From positions 38,784 through 102,783 of the forward strand of contig DFMO01000008.1 in NCBI GenBank assembly GCA_002375695.1: a stretch of 64,000 bases of DNA. The letters run 5' to 3'. Below, piece by piece: positions 35,876-46,775 of the stretch. The translations under genes and the position numbers were made by a program. How positions within the stretch are numbered: the first letter of the stretch is position 1; each line of letters opens with the position of its first letter. The notes below the pieces were generated by a model, which ran no database searches, was not told the DNA's origin, and worked only from the letters and a program-made list of their open reading frames with translations. The stretch comes from Flavobacteriaceae bacterium UBA3591 (GTDB lineage Bacteria; Bacteroidota; Bacteroidia; Flavobacteriales; Flavobacteriaceae).

Positions 35876-37759
35876 TTATCGTTTTCCAGCTTTTTTCTGC
35901 TGTTCTGCTTGCTCCATCATCTCGGCCATTTTACGCTGAAATTTATTTTGTTTTTTAGGAGTAGCTTTTTTCACTTGTATTTTTGCGTGTACCTTATCTT
36001 CATCTATAATAAAGTTTTTGATAACAAGCATAATACCAATAGTAATTAAGTTTGAAACAAAGTAATACAGTGAAAGTCCACTCGCATAGTTGTTAAAGAA
36101 TACCAACATAAACAAAGGCGACAAATACATTAAAAATTTCATATTTGGCATTCCTGGCTGTTGCTGTTGTTGCATGCTTTGTCCCATAGTCATCATCATA
36201 TAAACAAAGATGGCGATAGATGCTAATATTGGGAATAAACTTACGTGATCTCCATAAAAAGGGATGTGGAATGGCAACTCTGCAATAGTATCATAGCTCG
36301 ATAGGTCATCTGCCCAAAGGAAGCTTTTCTGTCTTAAATCGAAAGCTGAAGGGAAAAATGTAAACAAAGCATAGAAAACAGGAATTTGTAACAAAGCAGG
36401 TAAACAACCCTTTAATGGGCTTGCACCAGCAGAGTTTTGAACCTTCATAGTTTCCTGCTGTATTTTTAAATTGTTCCCTTTGTATTTCTCTTTAATTTCG
36501 TCTAATTCGGGTTTTAACACCTTCATTTTTGCCTGTGCCAAATACTGCTTGTATTGTACTGGAGAAAGTAGCAGTTTAATTAAAACGGTAAGTACGATAA
36601 TGGCAATTCCGGCAGGTAAAAAGTCTGATAATAGACCAAATAGTGGAATGATTATGTATTTGTTAATCACACCAAAAATACCCCAACCTAACGGCATCGC
36701 CTCGTCTAAATTACGATCGTATTTTTTAAATATTTGGTAGTCTGATGGCCCGTAATACATATTCATATTTTGCGATATAGCACCATTTTTAGGTTCTAAA
36801 AGCATTTTGGCCCCGTACTGCTTTGTATATACAGTATCAATTTCTTCATCTTCTACTAAATCTACCGATGTGAGTTTTACCTCTTTAAACGGCGTATCGG
36901 TTAGTAACATAGAACTAAAGAAATGCTGACGGAAATTCATCCACGTTACATCTTTCTCTAATTCTTCATCTTCGCCAGTGGGAGAGAGTTTGGAGTGTTT
37001 TTCGTCGTCGTACTCATAGGTTAATCGCGAGTATCGATTTTCATACGATATACTTTTTGCGTTTCGATATCCCTTTAATTCCCAATCTAAATACATAGGT
37101 TGCGAAGTGTTAAGAATACCGTCTAAACCTTGACTGTTAATACTAAAATCCATCATATACTCACCAGGATGCAGCGTATATCGATATTCAATAAAACTGT
37201 TTGCCGAAGTTTTTAACTTCATTGAAAGCACTTGGTCTTCACCATTGCTGCTTAGCGTAGGTTCAAAGTATAAATCTTTAGAGTTTAAAGTTCTATTTTC
37301 CGAAGTAAACTGAAGATTTAATGAAGCGTTTCCATTTTTAATTAAATGAATTGGAACAGTATTGTACCTAGTAAAATTCTTTAATCGCGCAGTTGAAATA
37401 TAGCCTCCCTTGTTACTTACTTCTAAGTAAAGAACATCATTTTCAAAAACAGTAACATCATCTGTTGCCGAAGGAAGGGTTGCAGAATATGCAAACGAAC
37501 CTAGTTTGTTTTGTAGTGCTGCAAATGCTAAAGAATCGCCCGGTTTTGTAGCCAATGAATCATTAGTTGCTTGTGCTAAGCTAATAGCTTCGTTGTTTTT
37601 TTCGGCTTCAGCTTGTTGTTGTGCAGCGGCTTCGGTTTTTGCTTTTTCAGCTTGAAGCTCCTCTTCGGTAGGCTTGTTGAGATAAAGCATCCAAATAAGG
37701 ATACCACCTATTAGTAAAAAACCTACGAGCGAATTAAAGTCAAATTTTTTTTCTTCCAT
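35876..37759 (-). CDS. yidC: Membrane protein insertase YidC (long Bacteroidota form)
   Basis: 627 aa. N-terminal TM segment, large periplasmic domain, and a C-terminal 60-kDa insertase core (PLKGCLPALLQIPVFYALF, ASGLSLYYFVSNLITI). Confidence 0.9.
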   Translation of the reverse strand: MEEKKFDFNSLVGFLLIGGILIWMLYLNKPTEEELQAEKAKTEAAAQQQAEAEKNNEAISLAQATNDSLATKPGDSLAFAALQNKLGSFAYSATLPSATDDVTVFENDVLYLEVSNKGGYISTARLKNFTRYNTVPIHLIKNGNASLNLQFTSENRTLNSKDLYFEPTLSSNGEDQVLSMKLKTSANSFIEYRYTLHPGEYMMDFSINSQGLDGILNTSQPMYLDWELKGYRNAKSISYENRYSRLTYEYDDEKHSKLSPTGEDEELEKDVTWMNFRQHFFSSMLLTDTPFKEVKLTSVDLVEDEEIDTVYTKQYGAKMLLEPKNGAISQNMNMYYGPSDYQIFKKYDRNLDEAMPLGWGIFGVINKYIIIPLFGLLSDFLPAGIAIIVLTVLIKLLLSPVQYKQYLAQAKMKVLKPELDEIKEKYKGNNLKIQQETMKVQNSAGASPLKGCLPALLQIPVFYALFTFFPSAFDLRQKSFLWADDLSSYDTIAELPFHIPFYGDHVSLFPILASIAIFVYMMMTMGQSMQQQQQPGMPNMKFLMYLSPLFMLVFFNNYASGLSLYYFVSNLITIGIMLVIKNFIIDEDKVHAKIQVKKATPKKQNKFQRKMAEMMEQAEQQKKAGKR

Positions 37760-37859
37760 TTTTTATTTCTTCTTTTGAAAATACTTCAAAAGTATGTTAT
37801 CGTTAATTGTGTGTGGCAAGGCAATAACCCCGCCTTTTTTATAATTGCGTCAAATTGTC

Positions 37860-39521
<1,662 letters not shown>

Positions 39522-39598
39522 TTATTGTTTAAAGGAAAGGCTTAACTATTAAAAATGAAGGGCAAAAATAGAATTGAATTTTACGAAGATTAAAATTA

Positions 39599-40249
39599 TT
39601 AACCTTCTGTTTTTAAAGCTATTAAAAGCGTGTTTGTTGAATTTACTTTTTTAAAAACCGTAAACTCCATTCCGCTGCCAAAGTTTTTAATAATTCGTGT
39701 TGTGATTTTTGAATTTTTACCCAGTTCAATTCCCGCATTAAAAATTAAATATCCGTTCACTTCAATTAATTTTTTAAGGTTTTTACAAAATTCTTCTTCG
39801 TAAAAAACTGCGGGAACTTTTGTGTCTATAAATAAATCGACAATTATAAGCTGAAATTCTTTTTTCGTTTTTTTTATATACTGAAAAGCATCATCTTGAA
39901 TAATTTGTAATTTTTCGGAAGCAGTAATCTCAAATTCTTCTTTGGCGAGCTTAATAACTTGTGGGTCAATTTCAACTGCTACAATGTTTTTGCGATACTT
40001 AAATTTTTCTCGCAACGATTTAATCACACTGCCACCGCCCAACCCCAAAAGCAAAATATTTTTGGTGTTTTGTATATCTATTTTTGAAATTCCAAACTCT
40101 AATATTTTTTGAAGTGAACCGTAGGAATAGTTTGCATTTTGAGTGTCTAACAGCTTTTTTCCGTCAATATAAGTAACTTCCAAGGTATTGTTGTATGTTG
40201 AAGTATACCGTTGGGTAGTGGGCCAGATATAACTTAATATCTTTTTCAA
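39599..40249 (-). CDS. Class I SAM-dependent methyltransferase / spermidine-synthase-like protein
   Basis: 216 aa. Motif I-like ILLLGLGGGSVIKSL, then VEIDPQVIKLAKE and IIVDLF, as in the spermidine synthase fold. Confidence 0.5.
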   Translation of the reverse strand: MKKILSYIWPTTQRYTSTYNNTLEVTYIDGKKLLDTQNANYSYGSLQKILEFGISKIDIQNTKNILLLGLGGGSVIKSLREKFKYRKNIVAVEIDPQVIKLAKEEFEITASEKLQIIQDDAFQYIKKTKKEFQLIIVDLFIDTKVPAVFYEEEFCKNLKKLIEVNGYLIFNAGIELGKNSKITTRIIKNFGSGMEFTVFKKVNSTNTLLIALKTEG

Positions 40250-40476
40250 TTTTTAATTAATTTCTGTACCAGCCCTTCCAGTCCGTTTAATTTTAGTTCG
40301 TACATTTCGGCCATTAAACGCCCTAATTTTCCTTCGGGAAAACCTTTCTGTTTAAACCAAACAAAATAGTATTCGGGAATATTTGCCAAATAATAACCTT
40401 CAAATTTTCCAAAGGGCATTTTGTAATTTGCGAGTTCAACCAAATGGTTGGGGTCTAAATTATTTCCAAGCTGCAT
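40246..40476 (-). CDS. DUF3820-like small protein
   Basis: KMPFGKFEGYYLANIPEYYFVWFKQKGFPEGKLG matches my memory of DUF3820. The track ORF starts at TTG 40557. ATG 40476 gives 76 aa and reduces the overlap with the upstream gene to 17 nt. Confidence 0.45.
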   Translation of the reverse strand: MQLGNNLDPNHLVELANYKMPFGKFEGYYLANIPEYYFVWFKQKGFPEGKLGRLMAEMYELKLNGLEGLVQKLIKN

Positions 40477-40987
40477 ATATAGCGAGTTGTTGTGCGATGT
40501 AGTTTTGCCAAAAGGCCTCTTTTTTAAAATTTCGTGAGTGATCGGTCTCGGCGTCAAATTTCGTTTGCATAAGCCTTCGTTTATTTTCGAAAGCGTGATA
40601 AAGCGAGTCCATTTCAGATTTTACATTTTTTGAAAACTTTTTGTTTGCTAAGCTTTTCCGAAGCATTCGTGCGTATAATTCTGAAATATCAAAATGTGTT
40701 TGTTCGTGCTTTAAGATATGATTGTTTACTCTATTTGGCACAAACCAAGAAGTAGCAGGGTTAAAAAAGCTTTTTACTGAATAATCCACTATTACTTCGT
40801 TATTTTGAAAAGTGTATGAATATTGAAAACTAATACCAGAACTGGTGCTCGCAACAAAGGTGGCACTGGGTATGGATTTTCCTTGAAAATTATTCCAAGT
40901 TAATTTCTCATCCTGAGACCAGTAAATTTTTTCGGTTTCACTTTGTGGTATAAATAGCAAAGAAATTAAGACAAACAATGTTTTCAT
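40460..40987 (-). CDS. DUF922-like secreted protein with an HExxH motif (predicted Zn-dependent protease)
   Basis: 175 aa with a signal peptide. HEQTHFDISE motif. Confidence 0.5.
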   Translation of the reverse strand: MKTLFVLISLLFIPQSETEKIYWSQDEKLTWNNFQGKSIPSATFVASTSSGISFQYSYTFQNNEVIVDYSVKSFFNPATSWFVPNRVNNHILKHEQTHFDISELYARMLRKSLANKKFSKNVKSEMDSLYHAFENKRRLMQTKFDAETDHSRNFKKEAFWQNYIAQQLAIYAAWK

Positions 40988-41023
40988 AGCTACAATTTAA
41001 ATAAGCACGTTTAAAAGAGCTAT

Positions 41024-41428
41024 TTATCCCCAGTTAAAACGTATTGACTTTTCAATTTCGGGATGAAGACTCTGTAAAACAGGACACGTTTTGGCGGTGT
41101 TTTCAAGTATATTTTTAGACTTTTCGTCTGCCACAGCTGGAAGGTTTACTTCAACCGCTATTTTTGAAATTCGCCTTGGATTGGCGGCCATGGTTTTAGT
41201 AACCATTGCAATAGCGCCATCAATATTTACTTGCATATCGCGCGCTTTAATCCCCATAACGGTAAGCATACAATTTGCAAGACCCGTAGCCACTGTATCG
41301 GTTGGCGAAAAGGCTTCACCCTTACCGTTGTTATCGGTTGGTGCATCGGTTATAAATTTATTTCCCGACTTAAGATGTTCATTTTCGGTGCGTAAGTTAC
41401 CCAAATATGTTACCTTGGAAGTACTCAT
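41024..41428 (-). CDS. OsmC-family (peroxiredoxin-like) protein
   Basis: 134 aa with two conserved Cys contexts (LANCMLTV and KTCPVLQSL). Its start overlaps the upstream stop in ATGA. Confidence 0.8.
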   Translation of the reverse strand: MSTSKVTYLGNLRTENEHLKSGNKFITDAPTDNNGKGEAFSPTDTVATGLANCMLTVMGIKARDMQVNIDGAIAMVTKTMAANPRRISKIAVEVNLPAVADEKSKNILENTAKTCPVLQSLHPEIEKSIRFNWG

Positions 41429-43347
41429 TTAACTTCTTCAAATTTAAGTTGGTCGTTGTATTTTAAAATATACGCAGCTTGGTTACAATAGCCTCGCGAA
41501 TCTGCTTTTTCATATCGAAATTTATTTTCAACATACACCGTTTCATTGGTTGGCAAAATAGCGTCATAAATATCATTTTCTGAAGCTAATCTTAATAACA
41601 CATCGTAAGTAACATCAAAACCGCGAATTACGTATCTATTGGGTAGCACGCCGTACTTGTTTTTATAGCTTATTAAAAACGGGTTTCTTTTATCGTCTAC
41701 CGAGCTTTTATTAACCGAAGGAAATGTAAAATCTAGTTTTGCCAATCGGTTGCTCGAAACCTCGTGCCACTCAAAACCGTCGTTTTTATTTAAGGTGAAT
41801 AATCGTGCCTTATAGGTTGCGGGTAAAACTGCTAATACGTTTACGGCACTACTAATTAAAACTGGATTTTTAGTTTCCAAAATAACCCAGTTTGTCATTC
41901 CATCTACAGCTTTTGAAGTAATATCGCTAGCCTGAATAAATTCATTTTCGCGCGGTGTAATTGTTTTGGCTTCGGGAATTGCTTTTAAAATCATTTCGCG
42001 TTGTCTTGCACGACTTGCGTCGGCAATAATTATAATGTTCTTTCCGGAACTGTTTTCTTTGAGATAGCGAATCATTGTTTTTTCTAAAACGGCATCTGTT
42101 GGCAAGGATTGAAAAAGATTTGGATTCATAGCCATATCCCTATTGCTTAAAGGTGAAAAAACTGGAATTTTTTCACTTTTTAGAATTGCTGAAGCCTTTT
42201 CAACATTTTTTTGCAACAGTGGGCCAATAACGGCATCTACATTTTTAAAACTACTGTTGCTAACTATTGACGCAACCTTGCTGTCGCTTTTTTCGGTGTC
42301 ATAAACATCCAATGTTACCGAGATGCCATTGTCTTTTGCAAATTCGGCCGCCATGAGGGCTCCGCTATAAAAATCTAATGCTACGCGTAGCGTTGGATCT
42401 TTTTTTAAGAGCTGTACGTTGCTATTTGTTGAATCGACTATACTTCCACTAATGCGAAAAGGGAGCATGAGTGCCACCGTTTTCATCTTGGTGTTTCTAA
42501 TGCGGTTTTCAAGATTTACTGTTGTGATTTCATCTTTTGAAACACTTTTTTCTAACGGAAGTTTTAAAATCATTCCTTCTCTTAAACCTTCACTAGCATA
42601 GGGGTTTAGGGCAACAATTTCTTCTTCAGAAAGGCCAAACTTTACCTTTAGTCTGTAAAAACCTTCTTTGGGTTTTACCTCGTAATATTGAAAATTTTCG
42701 TCGTCTATTTCGGCGTTTTCAATAACAATTTCATCGGGGACAACAATGGTTGCACCCGCCTTTAAATTGTCACCAAGATTGGGGTTTAAATCTTCTAATT
42801 CTGCTATCGAAATTCCAAACTTTCTGGCAATGCCAAATTTAGTTTCTTGTGCTTTTACAAAATACTTTTGGGTTCCGGGCAGGGTAGTTTCGGTAGGATT
42901 GTTGTTATCTTTAGATTTTGCAGGGATAAGTAATCTTTCACCACGTTTTAATCCGCGTGCATATAACTCCTTATTTAATCTTTTAATATCGTCAACACTT
43001 ACGTTGTATTCTTTGGCAATACCGTAAAGGGTTTCCTTTCTTTTTACTTTGTGATGACGCAGATTGTTTTTGTGAGTTCCTGAGCTAATTACGCTGTTTG
43101 ACGGTATAATTAAAACACTATTTACCTTTAAATTGTTACGGGTATTGGGATTTAAATTATAAATAGTTTCTTCAGAAATATTATATTTTTTAGCAATACT
43201 GTAAATTGTTTCTCCATTTTTTACGGCATGACTTTTATATTGTTGTTGTGCAGTTGAACCACAGCTTATCATAAAAAGTACAGTTACCGAAACGTATATT
43301 AAACACTTCAACATAGGGATAATCAATTCTTTAATTTTGCTAAACAT
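41425..43347 (-). CDS. LysM-repeat protein fused to a periplasmic-binding-protein type 1 (amino-acid-binding-like) domain
   Basis: 640 aa. At least four LysM units (HAVKNGETIYSIAKKYNISEETIYNLN, HKVKRKETLYGIAKEYNVSVDDIKRLN, YFVKAQETKFGIARKFGISIAELEDLN, YEVKPKEGFYRLKVKFGLSEEEIVALN), then a PBP1-like region. Confidence 0.75.
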   Translation of the reverse strand: MFSKIKELIIPMLKCLIYVSVTVLFMISCGSTAQQQYKSHAVKNGETIYSIAKKYNISEETIYNLNPNTRNNLKVNSVLIIPSNSVISSGTHKNNLRHHKVKRKETLYGIAKEYNVSVDDIKRLNKELYARGLKRGERLLIPAKSKDNNNPTETTLPGTQKYFVKAQETKFGIARKFGISIAELEDLNPNLGDNLKAGATIVVPDEIVIENAEIDDENFQYYEVKPKEGFYRLKVKFGLSEEEIVALNPYASEGLREGMILKLPLEKSVSKDEITTVNLENRIRNTKMKTVALMLPFRISGSIVDSTNSNVQLLKKDPTLRVALDFYSGALMAAEFAKDNGISVTLDVYDTEKSDSKVASIVSNSSFKNVDAVIGPLLQKNVEKASAILKSEKIPVFSPLSNRDMAMNPNLFQSLPTDAVLEKTMIRYLKENSSGKNIIIIADASRARQREMILKAIPEAKTITPRENEFIQASDITSKAVDGMTNWVILETKNPVLISSAVNVLAVLPATYKARLFTLNKNDGFEWHEVSSNRLAKLDFTFPSVNKSSVDDKRNPFLISYKNKYGVLPNRYVIRGFDVTYDVLLRLASENDIYDAILPTNETVYVENKFRYEKADSRGYCNQAAYILKYNDQLKFEEVK

Positions 43348-43362
43348 AGTCTCTATTTTTAG

Positions 43363-44892
43363 TTATTCCCACTCTATGGTTGCGGGCGGTTTAGAGCTAA
43401 TGTCATAGACTACTCTATTAACGCCTTTAACACGGTTTATTATATGATTGCTTACTTCTTGTAAAAATTCGTACGGTAAATTAACCCAATCTGCAGTCAT
43501 TCCATCTGTAGATTCTACGGCTCGTAAAGCAACAACTTTTTCGTAGGTGCGTTCATCGCCCATAACACCTACGCTGTTTACCGGCAACAAAATTGCGCCT
43601 GCTTGCCATACTTTATCGTAAAGGTCCCATTTTTTTAGACCGTTAATAAAAATAGCATCTACCTCCTGTAATATACGAACTTTTTCTGCGGTAATATCGC
43701 CCAAAATCCTAATGGCCAATCCGGGGCCAGGGAAGGGGTGCCTGCCTAATAATTCTGGGTCTATGCCCATTTCTTTTCCTACACGTCTTACTTCGTCTTT
43801 AAAAAGCATACGCAAGGGTTCTACAATTTTAAGTTTCATAAAATCTGGCAAACCACCTACGTTATGATGACTTTTTATAGTAACAGATGGTCCATTTACC
43901 GAAACACTTTCAATTACATCGGGGTAGATAGTGCCTTGCCCTAGCCAGTCTACTCCAGTAACCTTGTGTGCTTCATCATCAAACACTTCGATAAAAGCAT
44001 TTCCTATGGCTTTTCGTTTTCTTTCTGGGTCTATTTCATTTCGCAAGGCATCTAAAAAGCGTTCGGAAGCATCGACACCTTTTACATTAAGCCCCATGTC
44101 TTTATATTGGTCTAACACACTTTCAAACTCATTTTTGCGCAATAAACCATTATTAACGAAAATACAGAACAAGTTTTTGCCAATAGCTTTATGCAATAAA
44201 ATTGCTGCCACGGTAGAATCTACCCCACCACTTAATCCTAAAACAACTTTACCATCGCCTATTTGTTCTTTTAGCGTTTCAACGGTTGTATCTACAAATG
44301 CTGCTGGGGTCCACGTTTGCGGAACTTCAGCAATTTTTACCAAAAAGTTTTCCAACAACTGTTTGCCGTGGGTAGTGTGATATACCTCTGGATGAAATTG
44401 GATAGCATAGGTTTCTTCATTGTCAATTCTATACGCGGCGTTTAGCACATCTACCGTGCTTGCTAAGCGTACGCCATTTTCTGGCAACTCGGTAATGGTG
44501 TCGCTATGGCTCATCCAAACGTTCGTGTTTTCTGGAATGTCTTGAAAGAAAACTTCGTTTGCTTTAATCATTGAAAGTTTAGCTCTTCCGTATTCGCGAA
44601 TATCTGAAGGTTCAACTCTTCCGCCATTAAAATGCGCTAAATACTGCGCCCCATAACAAACCGCTAAAAGTGGTTTTTTACCTCTAATTTGCGATAAATC
44701 TGGGTGCGGGGCGTCTTCTGCGCGAACAGAGAACGGACTTCCCGAAAGTATTACGGCTTTAAAAGCATCTAAGCTTTTTGGAATCTTGTGGTATGGGTGA
44801 ATTTCGCAGTAAATGTTTAACTCCCTAACGCGTCGTGCGATTAACTGGGTGTACTGCGAACCAAAATCTAATATGAGGACGTTATTTTGCAT
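43363..44892 (-). CDS. guaA: GMP synthase (glutamine-hydrolysing)
   Basis: [24 protein letters not shown] start, [14 protein letters not shown]-loop and C-terminal PPATIEWE. Start trimmed from TTG 44898 to ATG 44892. Confidence 0.97.
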   Translation of the reverse strand: MQNNVLILDFGSQYTQLIARRVRELNIYCEIHPYHKIPKSLDAFKAVILSGSPFSVRAEDAPHPDLSQIRGKKPLLAVCYGAQYLAHFNGGRVEPSDIREYGRAKLSMIKANEVFFQDIPENTNVWMSHSDTITELPENGVRLASTVDVLNAAYRIDNEETYAIQFHPEVYHTTHGKQLLENFLVKIAEVPQTWTPAAFVDTTVETLKEQIGDGKVVLGLSGGVDSTVAAILLHKAIGKNLFCIFVNNGLLRKNEFESVLDQYKDMGLNVKGVDASERFLDALRNEIDPERKRKAIGNAFIEVFDDEAHKVTGVDWLGQGTIYPDVIESVSVNGPSVTIKSHHNVGGLPDFMKLKIVEPLRMLFKDEVRRVGKEMGIDPELLGRHPFPGPGLAIRILGDITAEKVRILQEVDAIFINGLKKWDLYDKVWQAGAILLPVNSVGVMGDERTYEKVVALRAVESTDGMTADWVNLPYEFLQEVSNHIINRVKGVNRVVYDISSKPPATIEWE

Positions 44893-44895
44893 AGG

Positions 44896-44903
44896 CAAAA
44901 ATA
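44896..44903 (-). promoter_or_regulatory. -7-type box immediately upstream of the guaA ATG
   Basis: The minus strand reads TATTTTTG, with only CCT separating it from the ATG. Confidence 0.35.
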
Positions 44904-45000
44904 CTTTAAATATCTAAGTTGTAAAATGGGTTTATAAGAATTTTTTTTGCTGTTTTCAACAAGTTGTTTTTAATAAAAAATTGAACGTATTTATCTAAAA

Positions 45001-46596
45001 TTATATCTCTAAAATTGTAAATTTTGAGCTTAGCGGATCTAAGTTTTCCTTTAGCATCTCCAATAAATTATCGCCATTTTCTAAGTATAATTCCGAAAAA
45101 TTAAGGTGGCGCTCCTGCAAGCCCTGCAAAGGGAAAAGCGTATTTTGTAACTTTTTTACAGCAGCTACTTTATATTCGTGTTTGCGCTTTTGAGCTTTTA
45201 ATAAACGTTTTTCTAAGTTTGACAATCCATTTGTTTGCTTTTTTTCTTGAGCCGCAACTGCGCCTAAAAACGAAGCATCGGTTTTTTGGGCTATTTTGTA
45301 CAGCTCTTTAAACTGCTCTTTTAAAAACTCTTTTTGTTTAGAAAAATCGATGGGTATTTCAGAAATTTCTTTGGTGTATTTTGCCAATAATTCGTGCTGT
45401 GGTAAAAACAAATCGGCAATAGAAATATTGTTTTTTTGTAGTTTTTCTGAAATTTTCTTCGGAATTAATAGTGCCGAATTTCGCAATAATAAAATAGGAA
45501 ATGGCACTTTAACCGCCTGAAAATAATCTTTTAGCTGAAACCAATACGCCAGCTCGCCACCGCCGCCAATATAACAAAGGTTGGGCAAAATTACTTCTTG
45601 ATACAGCGGACGTAAAAGTGCATTGGGCGAAAATCTTTCGGGGTGCTCATGCAATTCTTTTAAAATTTCTTCTTTTGAAAAAGAAAGGTCAGTGTCATTA
45701 ATATAATAGGTGCCATTTTTTTCAATAATTCGCTCTCGAAGATTCCTTTTTAAGTAAAATAAATTTATTTCGCGCGGATGAACTTGCTCTTTATAACCTG
45801 AATTGGTTAAGCGTTTGGTGGTTTCGGTTATCTTGTTAAAGCCTAAATTTTCGGTTAGTTCTTTTTCGGCAAACGGAATAAATTCTCTTTTTAGTTCGCT
45901 ATCGTTTCCGTCTACAATTACTAGTCCGTATTCCCAAAAAAGAGTGTTTGCCAGATTTCTTGTGGCATCTGCGAGATTTATATTGTTTTTATAGGCATTG
46001 GCAAAAAGTTCTACTAGTTTTTCGGCATTTTTTCCAGGACCCAACTTTTCTTTTAAAACCTCTTTTACGCGTTGTAATCCTTCCGTAGACAGTTCGCCCA
46101 CGGCACCCGAAGCATCGCGATTCCAAGCTATTTTTTCGCCAAAGAGATTGAAATAATTAATTTCAGCAAAGTCGTGATCTTCTGTGGCCATCCAGTAAAT
46201 AGGTACAAAATAGTGCTTTGAGTATTCCTTATTTAAAGTTTCTGCCAAATTTATGGTCGAAAAAATCTTGTATAAAAAATACAACGGCCCTGTAAAAATG
46301 TTGAGCTGGTGCCCCGTGGTTACCGTAAATGTATTAGACTCGTATAGCAGGTCTATATTGCTGAGTGTGGTTTGCGACATGTTATTATCGCCGTACTGAA
46401 ACATAATTCGTTTGGCAAGCGTTCTTCGTTGCGAATCAGACAACTGACCTCGTTTATCTTCAAACTGAGGTCTAAAATTTTCTAAGTTGGGATACCTATT
46501 ATAAAAGGTTTTTAAGACTGATTTTTCTTCTAAATAATCACAAATTATTGTAGAAAAATATCCTGTCTTTTGGTATTCAATTGAATTGGTTGGCAT
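45001..46596 (-). CDS. bshC: Bacillithiol biosynthesis cysteine-adding enzyme BshC
   Basis: About 531 aa, with the length and N-terminal pattern (IEYQKTGYFSTIICDYLEEK...LKTFYNRYP) I associate with BshC (TIGR03998). Start set to ATG 46596 rather than TTG 46608. Confidence 0.65.
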   Translation of the reverse strand: MPTNSIEYQKTGYFSTIICDYLEEKSVLKTFYNRYPNLENFRPQFEDKRGQLSDSQRRTLAKRIMFQYGDNNMSQTTLSNIDLLYESNTFTVTTGHQLNIFTGPLYFLYKIFSTINLAETLNKEYSKHYFVPIYWMATEDHDFAEINYFNLFGEKIAWNRDASGAVGELSTEGLQRVKEVLKEKLGPGKNAEKLVELFANAYKNNINLADATRNLANTLFWEYGLVIVDGNDSELKREFIPFAEKELTENLGFNKITETTKRLTNSGYKEQVHPREINLFYLKRNLRERIIEKNGTYYINDTDLSFSKEEILKELHEHPERFSPNALLRPLYQEVILPNLCYIGGGGELAYWFQLKDYFQAVKVPFPILLLRNSALLIPKKISEKLQKNNISIADLFLPQHELLAKYTKEISEIPIDFSKQKEFLKEQFKELYKIAQKTDASFLGAVAAQEKKQTNGLSNLEKRLLKAQKRKHEYKVAAVKKLQNTLFPLQGLQERHLNFSELYLENGDNLLEMLKENLDPLSSKFTILEI

Positions 46597-46618
46597 AGGT
46601 GTTTTCAAAATATTGTAA

Positions 46619-46626
46619 CAAAAATA
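46619..46626 (-). promoter_or_regulatory. -7 promoter box for bshC
   Basis: The minus strand reads TATTTTTG, about 22 nt upstream of ATG 46596. Confidence 0.45.
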
Positions 46627-46775
46627 GCCGTTTTAAGTTGGCGGTAAGTTTAAAGATACGTTAATATGGTTTTAATTGTTTTTTTCGAGTTTTTAATTCT
46701 TGTTGAAGCATAGTAAAAACCTATCGTCGTTCTTAGAATTTGGCTATCTTTAGCCTCTTAATTAAAATTTGCCAC

